From Fimbriosthenelais zetlandica (Eukaryota): DNA of 64,000 nt. The stretch is taken from contig OZ365111.1 of NCBI GenBank assembly GCA_977030845.1, positions 10,850,001 through 10,914,000 on the forward strand. The letters are read 5' to 3'. The notes below the pieces were generated by a model. The model saw only the letters and a program-made list of their open reading frames with translations, was not told the DNA's origin and did no database searches. How positions within the stretch are numbered: the first letter of the stretch is position 1; every line of letters begins with the position of its first letter. This document shows, in pieces, positions 10,510 to 20,634 of this stretch. The translations under genes and the position numbers were made by a program.

Positions 10510-12579
10510 TCAAAAATCATTGGGGTCGAAATCCATTCCATTTCTTATGGCTCTGGCATTATTCCTCTGCTGTTCCAGTGGTATTGGAGGCAGACTTTTT
10601 CTGGCAGACTCTATTTTAGCCAGTCGACGATTCACCTGTACCTTGTATTCCTCCCTCTTCTCTGTGGCCATTAATGCTATCTGGTTGACAGCAGCACTGC
10701 ATTCTCTATCAAGATCCATGGCAAGCAATTCAATAGATTCTCCTTCTCTTGGGTAAATCAGCTTTGGAAGTTTCGACAACGGTGCCAGAAGGAATTTACC
10801 GGATACATCTACATACATAGAAGACAATGACTCGATTGCGATCGTAGACTGAGTAGCGTTTTTTGCATAGTCATACATCAAAGCGCGATTGAACTCACTT
10901 TCATAATCCAGCATGTTTTGAGCCTTTTGGTTGAAGCCCAGGATGTCGCCATAAAACGTGGTCTCGACTCTGTTTGCCACCTGGGAGAAAAACTTGACCA
11001 GTTCTGACCAAATTGTGCACACTTCACTTAAGGCATGGAAACCTTTCATCAGAGTTTTCTGAATGTTTTCCATGTCTGTGTTCGTCAAATCTAGCGATTT
11101 GAGTTCAGCCATGGTTTTCTGGAGTTGCGCCCTACTCTCCTGTGCACGTTTTTCGGAAGTAATATTCTGCTCCTCATACAACTTCAGCGACTCCTGAGCC
11201 TTTTGAACTTTGAAATGAGCATTGTCTCGCATAACTGCCAAGGCTGAAGGCTCGTGCTCTGATGTTTCCTTCGGTTTAGGGGCAGGGATTCTGCTCGGTG
11301 TTGGATTGACCTTGGCTAATCTGGTGATTGTAGCGTCCAAACTCTGGACTTCGGAGAGAAGGCGTTCAAATTCTGCTTTAATCAATGTTAGGGCTTCAGA
11401 ATCACCGTGCAGGTTATGTGCTTTAATGATGGAATCAATTTGTTTGCACAATCCAGCAGCAGATCTTGTTATCTCCTGCATTTGGGTGTTGATGTCATCA
11501 GCTGAATTTGATCTTGCTAGTTTCGCATTCAATGTAGTAAATGAGGTTTCAACCTTGATCACCCCACCGACCGGGTCACGGAAGCAGACTTCATTATTCT
11601 TAACATCGAAGCTCCTGAGTAGACCAATAATCAATGTACGGCAGTGTTGAACTGAAAAAGTTGTTGTAGTATCCAGGTTAATTTGTGGTACATCTTGGCA
11701 CATGGGTTCTTCTTGTGGTGCGTTGCCTCTTGCCCTGGAGATGCAATCCATTGCCTGTGATCCCATCCGCCCAACTGCTGGGATGACTTTCCTGAAGGAC
11801 AGGACCATGTTGATGGTCTGCATGGCTTCTTGGGCGAGCCCTGCCCCGATAATCGCCCAATTGGATGGCATACTGTCCATGGCATCTTTATACAGCTTTC
11901 TTGCTTCATTGACAGTTTTTTCCATCTCTTCTTTTGCCTTGCGACTCTCCTCCTGCTCCTCCTTCTCTGAAATCTCTTGTGCCTTCAGAATCTCCAATTT
12001 CTGAAGGTTTTCCTTCAGGACCTGTTCGTGGTGACCTTTGGTCGATGCTGCAGCCTCTAGGAGTTCCTTGATCTCGTCCATGACTTTATGGTACTTGAAT
12101 TCGGTGCCGCGGGCCAAATCAGCACATCTCTTTGCACGTTTCCCCAACTTTTCCAGAGTGTCCCTTGTTGTCATCTCAAGATCTCTGTCTGTGCCCATGG
12201 CAGCAGCCCGAACAACTTCATTCAGAAGATCTGGGATATTTTTGGTCATCAGGTGTATTTGATCCATGTTAATGTGAGCGGTATGAAATGCATCATGGCC
12301 ATCGTTTGAGATTTGTACCAGACTTGCCCTCAAAGAATGTGGATATTTGATGTGTTTAAACCCATCTTTTGGAGGCTTGGCAGCTAGAGATACGTCATTT
12401 TCATGGGTGACTAGCATGAGTCGACCAAGCACAGAAATGGCCATGCATGACGGTGACATCCCTTCTAACAGTTCATAATGATCAGTCATCAGAACACATT
12501 CTTCTTCACGGTCCTCTCGTCGAGAAATGCTTCGTTCTGCATTCTCTATTCTCACCAGATCATTTGCTGCCTCCGCCAT
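10510..12579 (-). CDS. Uncharacterised alpha-helical coiled-coil protein (about 689 aa), candidate alpha-pore-forming toxin-like component (gene A)
   Basis: Uninterrupted 699-codon ORF, GC-richer than its flanks. The first ORF ATG (12609) lies upstream of an acceptor (TTCTCTTGGTTTACAG|G, AG at 12589-12588), so the likely start is MAEAAN at 12579. A long charged heptad region (EQVLKENLQKLE...EEMEKTVNEARKLY) is followed by the moderately apolar segment WAIIGAGLAQEAMQTINMVLSF (11859-11794) and a second coiled coil. No signal peptide. The motif KPPKDGFKHIKYPHSLRASLVQISNDGHDAFHTAHINMDQI recalls, from memory only, the uncharacterised zgc:162509/PTHR33488 family; this needs verification. Confidence 0.9.
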   Translation of the reverse strand: MAEAANDLVRIENAERSISRREDREEECVLMTDHYELLEGMSPSCMAISVLGRLMLVTHENDVSLAAKPPKDGFKHIKYPHSLRASLVQISNDGHDAFHTAHINMDQIHLMTKNIPDLLNEVVRAAAMGTDRDLEMTTRDTLEKLGKRAKRCADLARGTEFKYHKVMDEIKELLEAAASTKGHHEQVLKENLQKLEILKAQEISEKEEQEESRKAKEEMEKTVNEARKLYKDAMDSMPSNWAIIGAGLAQEAMQTINMVLSFRKVIPAVGRMGSQAMDCISRARGNAPQEEPMCQDVPQINLDTTTTFSVQHCRTLIIGLLRSFDVKNNEVCFRDPVGGVIKVETSFTTLNAKLARSNSADDINTQMQEITRSAAGLCKQIDSIIKAHNLHGDSEALTLIKAEFERLLSEVQSLDATITRLAKVNPTPSRIPAPKPKETSEHEPSALAVMRDNAHFKVQKAQESLKLYEEQNITSEKRAQESRAQLQKTMAELKSLDLTNTDMENIQKTLMKGFHALSEVCTIWSELVKFFSQVANRVETTFYGDILGFNQKAQNMLDYESEFNRALMYDYAKNATQSTIAIESLSSMYVDVSGKFLLAPLSKLPKLIYPREGESIELLAMDLDRECSAAVNQIALMATEKREEYKVQVNRRLAKIESARKSLPPIPLEQQRNNARAIRNGMDFDPNDF

Positions 12580-13822
12580 TATTTTCCCTGTAAACCAAGA
12601 GAATTTCATTTGATAATATATATTAATAATTTAGTCAAAATCAGTTGTTGTAATTGCTCACATTTTTTCTCAAGATCCCCCTACATGCCCTTTTATTTGG
12701 ATGTATAATGCTATTAATTCCACTCAATCAGCATATATATGTATGCTCTCTACTGTAACAAGGCCAAAGAAAATAAATGTTTTGTTTAGCGTCACCAACA
12801 CCTGGTAAAAGTTGTGGGTGACATGGCTATTTTAAGACCCCCCCCCCCCCCCCCCGCACATGTCACTATGACATAACCCCCCGACTTAGATATGAAAGAA
12901 TAATATTAAAAGCAAGGCTGGGACATAAAGTAAAATTTATTAAAATTATGATTTGGTAGGGTAAAATTATGTGGAATAAAATTTTACAGAAATTGCCCCG
13001 ATTGTATAAAGGTGAAGTATACAATAAAAGAAGAATGTGACAATGTAAAATTAATGAGGTAAAACATGATAATTACATGATGGATGGTGAGAATAAGTGG
13101 AGAATGACGAGTTAATGTAATTGAGAAAAAAACAAAAACAAAGAAGGGTGAGGGTGGGTGGGAGAAGAAGGGTACCGGGTGGCGAGCAGAGGTGAAGTGA
13201 AGAGGGAGTAGAGAGTGGAGAGGTTATGTGGAGAGGTTATAAGGAGAGGCCAGTGTGGACACCTGGCCATAGATGTGAGAATTAGGCCAGGAAGAAGGAA
13301 GTTGAGTAAGGAGACGCCGGGGGGTGCCACAATGATCCCGCCTTAGCCGAAGCCAATGCGTACACAATTTCAATGTTTTGCCACACAATTATAGTTGAAG
13401 ATGTAAAAAATCGAAGACCCATATGGAAATACAAGTCGTTTCCATCGAGGAATAATCGCTAAAAACATCTATTTTCTTTGGCCTGATATTTCCTAATACT
13501 CTGTCAATATTATTCCTTGTCACATTATGTCCAATATCTTCACGGTACATGTACCGGTACTTTCATTTACACAACTCAAGAGGATGCACTTCAGGCATAC
13601 AATATTACATTAACATGATACATAGCCTACATGTAACTTACATTCTTGTTGACTTTAAATTTCTAAAATGGTTCTTCAATGATATACCAAAAACCTCACT
13701 TATGAATTTACCAAAAATTAATCTATACATGGATTCATGAATAACAGACTTAAGTGCAGTCTATTGAGATTGTACAACCCTAAATATAACTGCTAAACTT
13801 ATAACAAGTTCCTGCGACTTAC

Positions 13823-14050
13823 CTTGTGATTGGAAGTGTTCAGGAGTGTTGTTAATTAATAGTAAGAGACGACTAATCTAGTCTTTAGTCCAATGTTCCA
13901 ATGTCTCAGTTAGCAGTATAGCTTGTATGTGCGCTGTAGACAGCGAAGTACTGTATCGCCACTGAATGTCTACTTTCAGTCTGGCCCTAAAGCTCTGACT
14001 CGCTGAACAAAACTGAACTGCTCAGAACCAGGGTGGCCGCCATCTCTTTC
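13823..14050 (-). other. Putative non-coding first exon and TSS region of gene A
   Basis: Consensus donor CAAG|GTAAGT (GT at 13822-13821) can pair with the acceptor at 12589-12588. YY1-like GAGATGGCGGC at about 14036-14046 on the minus strand; YY1 motifs typically lie just downstream of a TSS. Confidence 0.55.
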
Positions 14051-14051
14051 C

Positions 14052-14373
14052 TTAAAGGGGCAACATCTCATTACAATTTGCCCCCCGAAGACTTTGGCTG
14101 GGATTAGACTGGATAAATAGATGACCGTTATTAATTGGACATTTTTGGGATGAAATCGCCATATAACCGAGCATACTTGTTATCCTTGGCTACTCTTTAG
14201 TATTTTTCAGAATCATAAAGATACATTTAAATGAATTATATCCATAAGAAATTTCCCTAAGGATAATTACCAAACGATATTTTCCTATACCAATGGTCAA
14301 TATAATTTATAATGGTTCTTGTAAATGCATACATATAGTCACAGATAATTATTTCAGGCTGATGCCCCTTTAA
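14052..14373. mobile_element. TTAA-flanked non-autonomous DNA transposon (Kolobok-type ends)
   Basis: TTAA|AGGGGCAACATC ... GCTGATGCCCCT|TTAA: TTAA on both sides, 7-bp perfect terminal inverted repeat AGGGGCA, 314-bp non-coding interior. RR termini with a TTAA target fit Kolobok rather than piggyBac (CC ends). Confidence 0.6.
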
Positions 14374-14960
14374 ATTTGTTCTCTTTCCGGAACCTGAGTC
14401 TGCAAAGATCGGATTGTTGGGAGGGGAGGGGAAAGCCCCAGACCTATACTTCGTGACTATCCACCACACACTGACCACAAAATGGACATAAAACTGTTTT
14501 ACTTTCATTGACATTGATATTAAATAACCTGGCGTCCATTGTCAATATTTATTCCCCATCATTCCAGTGCAACAATTATGTGATGAAAGAGAATTGAAAA
14601 AAAGGAGTAGTTTATAGGAGAGTTCTTTATACAAAGTCGGGAAAGGGTCATAAATGTCTGGCACTGACACAGGCATGTGTGTTTTGTGTATCTTGTGGCC
14701 ATGTGGGATATATCTTGAGATAAGCAAGCACAGACAAATCCTACAAGTTTAATATAGAAACCAGTGGGATGTTTCTTAAAATTCATTTTAAATCTATAAT
14801 TGATGAAAATGCAAACCTGCCCCAAATCATCTAGCATTATTTTAAAGTTGTCATTGCAAGTTAGTCATATATCTATTAAATAGGAAGCGGGGAAAGGATA
14901 TAAATAGATACTGTTGGCATGGAACAAAAGTTCCAAAGTGATGCATCATTTCAGTGATAC

Positions 14961-15023
14961 TCACTTTCATTTTCCCGGTCATGACTCATCAGTTCTCGCT
15001 TACTCAGGAGGAAAAGTGAAACC
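14961..15023. promoter_or_regulatory. IRF - AP-1 - IRF motif cluster between the divergent genes A and B
   Basis: TCACTTTCATTTTCC (14961-14975; reverse GGAAAATGAAAGTGA, IRF-E/ISRE), TGACTCA (14982-14988, AP-1), GGAAAAGTGAAACC (15010-15023, canonical IRF1/2 site). Confidence 0.65.
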
Positions 15024-15572
15024 ATAGAGACTAGATGTCTACTCTCTCTGGGTAAAACCAGACACTACTGGTGTAGTCTCTCTGGTAAAACCAACCTATT
15101 TTTATCCGTTTGGCAGGTCCTGGGTAGATGTAGGCCTAGATGATATATTGATGTGTATATATACTGGGATGCGGCCAATGTGTGCAGGGGCCATTGTATC
15201 ACAAAATATGCAATATCAACTGATATATTTGCACTGAATCTTTTTTCTGAAACATGCCCTAGACTAAGCGATTGGTGGATGTTAGGTGTCGTAAAGTATT
15301 GCTGCCCTCTCAGGCTATGGAAATTCCATTGTATCTAACCTCATGGGGCAGTAGGTGGGTTTATCCTTTTTAAACGCTGTTCAAAACCCATTGTGAGATG
15401 TCATGGCAATATTGAATAAATGCCAATTTCACGAGCAAATTCTAATTTTACTATAACAAATACCATATGGCCTCCTTCTCGAAAGACTCACAGATTATGT
15501 CGAATTTCTCAGCATTGTCAATGTACCTGAGTTTTTGATGACGATGACAGATGGCCTTCCATAGAGCGAAAG

Positions 15573-15651
15573 CTTTCATTTCCCGATCTCGCCCACTGAG
15601 GCTTGTGTATTCCACAGACCTGTGTGTGGTGGTCCGCCTGGGAAGTTTTCC
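15573..15651. promoter_or_regulatory. Additional IRF/EICE-like and kappaB-like motifs proximal to gene B
   Basis: CTTTCATTTCCC (15573-15584; reverse GGGAAATGAAAG, GGAANNGAAA type) and GGGAAGTTTTCC (15640-15651, imperfect kappaB). Confidence 0.35.
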
Positions 15652-15820
15652 TTCACCCGGATACTCACAAAGAATATATTATTTAATCTTGTTCGGACCT
15701 GGAATAGAATTTTATTCTGCTTCTAAACTGAGCAGTGTGAAGACGAGCGAGACTTCAGTGGTACAGACGTCAATTTTTGTAGTTCACTATTCGTTGATAA
15801 AAGGCTGGGTCAAGTAGAAA

Positions 15821-17203
15821 ATGGCATTTTTCTTGCCCGGTGGGAATAATGCCTTTGGAGATGTTTTCGGTGGACTGGGAGGTACTATAGCTACATTACA
15901 ACAAATGAAGGATGGGGAAGAAGATCAGCCTGAACATAGAATCAAAGCTAGGCCAGACAGGTCTAAAAACATGCCACTGGATACAAATGACCAAGAGGAT
16001 GCAATAAGGTAAGACTATAATATATATTGGAAATTTATCCAAATTACTGGCTTTCAAGGATTTTAATGGTTTTTCATTTTAAAAGAAATGAATTAATTAT
16101 ATAGTATCCAAGTATATAAATCTCATCATAAATCATGACTTATTTTATTTTCAGTCTTACAAAGACTTGCATGACAAAAACCTCAAGTGCATTGGTTGCC
16201 ACCATAGGCGACTGTGAAAGGATTGCCCAGTCAGTTAAAGAAGTGGTCGAAATCAGCAAAAATGCCAGTGACGGTGCCTCTCTTGTTCAACAGGTATTTA
16301 ACATATACAAATGATGTTAATTTTAATAACTTTTAATTTATCAAGTATCTGCCACATTTCTAGGCGTTCCTATGCCAGTTTTTTTGTTTGTCATTGTACC
16401 CATAGGCTACATCTTGTCTTACGATGCTATTCAAATTGCTCACTTTACAGATGCACAGCAAATTAGAGATGGCAGAAAGAACTGTTTCACAACTGAATCA
16501 GTGCATCTCAGACGAAATGGTGCACCTCACAGCTGAAGTATCATCTGCAGAACAAGAAGTGACGGCGAGCAACCGAAAGGTAGACAAGAAAGAGGAAGAG
16601 GTGAAGATCCATTACGAAACTTATGTTAATGCTGAAGTTATGTGTGTGAAAGCATTGAAGGAGGAAAAATCTTGGCAGGGGGATTTTGTACAAATGAGTA
16701 TGGGCGAAATAATCTCTGCAATTCAAACCTCTGCTTTGGTCTTGGGAATAGCTGCTTTAGGTGGACCCATAGGATTGGCGATAGGTTATGCCTTTCTGTG
16801 GTTAACTGCAGACCGTGCAAGAAAAGCCCGTATGGACAGGGCTTATGCCGCAGCTCAGAGGCTGAAAAATGCTGAGGCCAACTTTGAAAATTGTCAAGAG
16901 TATCTGGAAGAATGCAAGGCCATTTATGAAGAGGCAGAAAACGAGCTGGATGTGGAGTTGTCGGCTCAAGTGATTAACACCATGCAGTTGAAGCGGATTC
17001 AGGCTTTGCAGAAATTCATCTTCTCTGTTGGGGAAAACATGAAGGATGCCAACTTGTTGGTTGGGAAGCTCTCGGCCCGGGCTGGGACGGCAGCCTTTAT
17101 GACTGAATGTGGCACGGTGAAAGAACTTATCATGGTTCTACAAGAGATGCAGACCAACTTTGATCAGTTCGGGAAGCTTGCTCCAGCTTTAGCTTATAAT
17201 TGA
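15821..17203 (+). CDS. 359-aa coiled-coil protein with a central Gly/Ala-rich hydrophobic hairpin, candidate alpha-pore-forming toxin-like component (gene B)
   Basis: Exons 15821-16008 (AG|GTAAGA), 16155-16293 (TTTTCAG|T ... CAG|GTATTT, open frame, not in the ORF track) and 16451-17203 (TTTACAG|ATG), 1080 nt in one frame. Hydrophobic stretch IISAIQTSALVLGIAALGGPIGLAIGYAFLWLTA (about aa 196-229) is followed by basic RARKAR and flanked by long heptad helices. No signal peptide. Confidence 0.88.
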
Positions 17204-17800
17204 TAAGCACAAGTTATTTGTTTCTCAAGGTCAATATCAAAAGTCAAGATTTATCATAAACTATTGATATTAAGTATACTGTTGTTTCTTGCCGGGCATA
17301 TAATATTATTTGAATGATGTGATTGCTTACATGGACAATTGATGGAAGTCTACACGAAAATTAGACAACAAAAATCTAATGATAATCATAATCATTGTTC
17401 ACTAGTACATTAATAATTGTTCACTACATGAACTGCTTTGCCTGAGTATAAGGACAGTAAGGACCAACATACATGGATTAAGACAACATAGATGTAATTA
17501 AGGTGTTGAAATTGGTAGTGTAGGGTTTAATATTTTAAATGAATTACTCATCTACTGTATTGTTGCTTTAAATCTCCTAGTATGTAGTTCAGAAATTGCT
17601 CACAACTATATAAGAGTATTGTGATCAAATGTATTGCTTGTTAGCCTGTATTTCACTGAAATAGCACCAGTGGCCGCCACTGATGTTGGCGTCCGTGATG
17701 CCCTTAGTTTAGTCTATCTGGCCTTCATGTCTGAGCATAGATCCAGTGGAATATGTAATGTTGAGGAATTAAGGTATTGTACTTAGATCTATATCGCAAT

Positions 17801-17903
17801 AATAAAAAAAATTGCTTATAATTTGTGGTTTTGTTACATTATACCCAGTGTGTTCTTAGTCATACCAATAGGTATTCCCGTTACAACAGTGTCTTCAATA
17901 AAA
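17801..17903 (+). other. Candidate polyadenylation signals for gene B
   Basis: AATAAA at 17801-17806 and again near 17898-17903, about 600-700 nt after the stop codon. AT-rich context makes chance hits common. Confidence 0.3.
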
Positions 17904-20385
17904 TAAATTTAAAAAAAAACCAAAAAAACTGTCATATGCAGACCCTGTCGATCCAGCAATGTAAAGTCCCCCTCCCCTATAACCGAGTCTCATGTTTGAG
18001 TATGACAAATGATTGTTGGCCTGTGTTCAGGAAGATGATTTGGAAGAGGTTATATGTTCCCAGAAGACGTTTGTGCCCTGGGGATTTAGTGCGGCTAAAA
18101 TCCTTGGCCTGAGGATACCAGGGTAATTGGGGTGAGGCCTTGGACGTCCCGGGTTTGGATGATAGAGCCTAATAGCCGTCTTAAGACGAAATAGGTCCTT
18201 TGCCCGACAGGCTTAGGAAGTACTTGGGTTCGGATTTGGTGCAATTGAGAAATGCGATGAGAGGGGAAAACATAGTGGGAAAGCAATGAAAAGGAAGAAA
18301 ATATCCTGACTGAAGTGTGGTCATAACATAACCCTACATGACTACTCCTGGCTATGTATACGTTATCTATCTTTGATTATGTGAGATTTGAAGAATGAAT
18401 TAAAACCAATCACAGATCTAGACCAATATATTCCCTAAACCATATTAAATTCATATTGCATGTCCATACTATATGGGGAAATATATTTGATATCCATTGC
18501 AAGTTCATCCCATAAAAATTGCATATTAAATCCCCTCTCTTCACTGCGTCCACGGCGCCATCTTTCAATCAGTATATGTGGCCGTGACCTTGGCTTGGGC
18601 AGGCTTATTTCTGAATGAGTTACTCATCAGTAGGCACCTGCTAATGAGATTGGGTATAGAGAGCCGTTATAGATCCGGCGGGATTGAGGAAGTACCCGAG
18701 TGCACAATACGGTCAATTACAGTCCTCCCCGCCATCAATTGGCATACACACGCCGATGCCAACAACCCAGCTTAAGGTTATTGAATGGCGACGGCTTGGA
18801 GATTTAGCCTTGCATGAGCTATCATTGTTTATACCCCGGGGGCGGGAATACCCATACATACTCTTAACTGAAATACATAAAGCTGTATGGTTAGGCCTTA
18901 TAACGCATTATTGTAATATGCAAAATTCTACTTCTGCAAGAAGAAAGGCTGTGGGTAAAAGTTCAGTTTTCAGAAATACCAAACTGATTTAATCTGATTT
19001 CCTATTGTCAAAGCTTGATTTTCAATGTTAGCTATTCATTACCATAATCAAGCAGAACTCCACAGACAAAACACTCATTTGAATGTGATTTCTTTTGTCT
19101 TTCCATGGATTTAAAAAAACAATGATTGATTACCTGAACGTTGATTGGTCCCCAAGAGTCCATTTCCTGCTTTTGTATGCACCATATGGGAAGGGCATCT
19201 CAGAATCATGAATGCCATTGTATTGTTTATATTGAATTATTGAATTACGTTATAATGTATTTATCTTTTTAGCAAGCTCATTTACTGCCTTTTGTTTGAG
19301 GGATTTTTTTTTCACTTCAAAATGTTACCTGGGTGCACTAGTTGTTAACTGCCCAAAGGTATAATTTTACCGTCCCCTTCTCTCTGACGACTGTCAGGAC
19401 ATAGGTGCATGTGTGGTACAGATCGTACAGTATTGTGCCCCTATTTAGGAACGCCATTAGATTTCGACACTGCTGCATATTAACTGGAGACTTTTGTGGG
19501 TAACATTCATATAGTATATAGCAGGGGCTTGGCTGCTGGGGAAAAATCTGTTTTGTACGTCGATTAGTTGCTGATCGACTGAATTACAGAATGGCTGAGA
19601 TTCTGGTCCTAGGCTATTTGTCTTGATCAATTTTCTTTCTGGTTATATCATTTCTATACCTGTACGTGTTTATGTTACATATTTCCATGGTCACGTCTGA
19701 CCTCGCTGACCATTGCTGACCACAGTGCCTTGACCATGACATAATGACCTTGCATGTATTTGGCTGGCAGAGGTAGCCATGGCCCCATAGATAATCGATG
19801 CTTTCTTCAGTCCAGGCAGTAAAAGGGCACTGTCCCCATCCTCATCTCAAGGGCCTAAGATGAATGCCTCTGCCATTTTAATTTCCTTCTCCCAATGGTC
19901 TTAGATTTACTGAAATCCTCAATTTCCTTAATGCATTCTTTTATTAATTGAGACAAAGAGAGATATGGCTGGGTCCGTTGTGCTTCAGATAAGATAATAA
20001 AATCGAAGCCTTGAAGATGGCCAAGTTGATCTCGTCCTATCCTATTCTTCAGTGACAAATTGCAATTGATTTTATCTTAACTGAGACGAGCCTTTCTCCA
20101 CATGAGGGAATAGATATTTTCCTGGGGAGTAGAGGGTACACGGCTATGATGGGCGCTCCTTGGAAAATATCATCATAATATATTCATTGATATTAGAGTA
20201 AATAATGATGAATTCAGAAAGGATGGGTGGTGGATGTTAATTGTTGGAAATCATTACTGGATGTTTATCTGTATGTTTTGTCTGTTATATATATACAAAG
20301 GGGTGACTGACCAAGGGCTTTCCTTTATTGTAATTTGAATGATGTAGATTACTCATTGAAGAAGGACAGTCTCACAACCGAAATA

Positions 20386-20407
20386 TCTCTTTCTCCCTCA
20401 CCCTCTC

Positions 20408-20460
<53 letters not shown>

Positions 20461-20634
20461 CCCTCTCTTTCGTCTATCTCCTCTCTTTCTCTCCCTACCT
20501 ATCTCTATCCCTCTCCCCTCTCTTTCTCTCCCATCTCTTTCCTCTCTCTCTCTCTCCTCCCTCTCTCTACTCTCGTTCTCTCCCTATCTCTCTCCTCTCT
20601 ACCTCCCCCCCCACCCTCTCTCTCTCTCTCTCTC
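20386..20634. repeat. (CT)n / pyrimidine microsatellite
   Basis: Pure CT run of about 45 nt embedded in about 250 nt of imperfect CT repeat. It accounts for spurious ORFs 20335-20673 and 20505-20687. Confidence 0.95.

Noticed and set aside
11222-12309. Plus-strand ORFs of 70-142 aa over gene A, and similar ones over the GPCR (24100-24776)
   Set aside because: Antisense shadows of real coding sequence.
12580-12609. ORF-track start MKFSWFTGKI for gene A
   Set aside because: It overlaps a polypyrimidine tract and AG acceptor, so it is most likely intronic. The next ATG (12579) has a better context.
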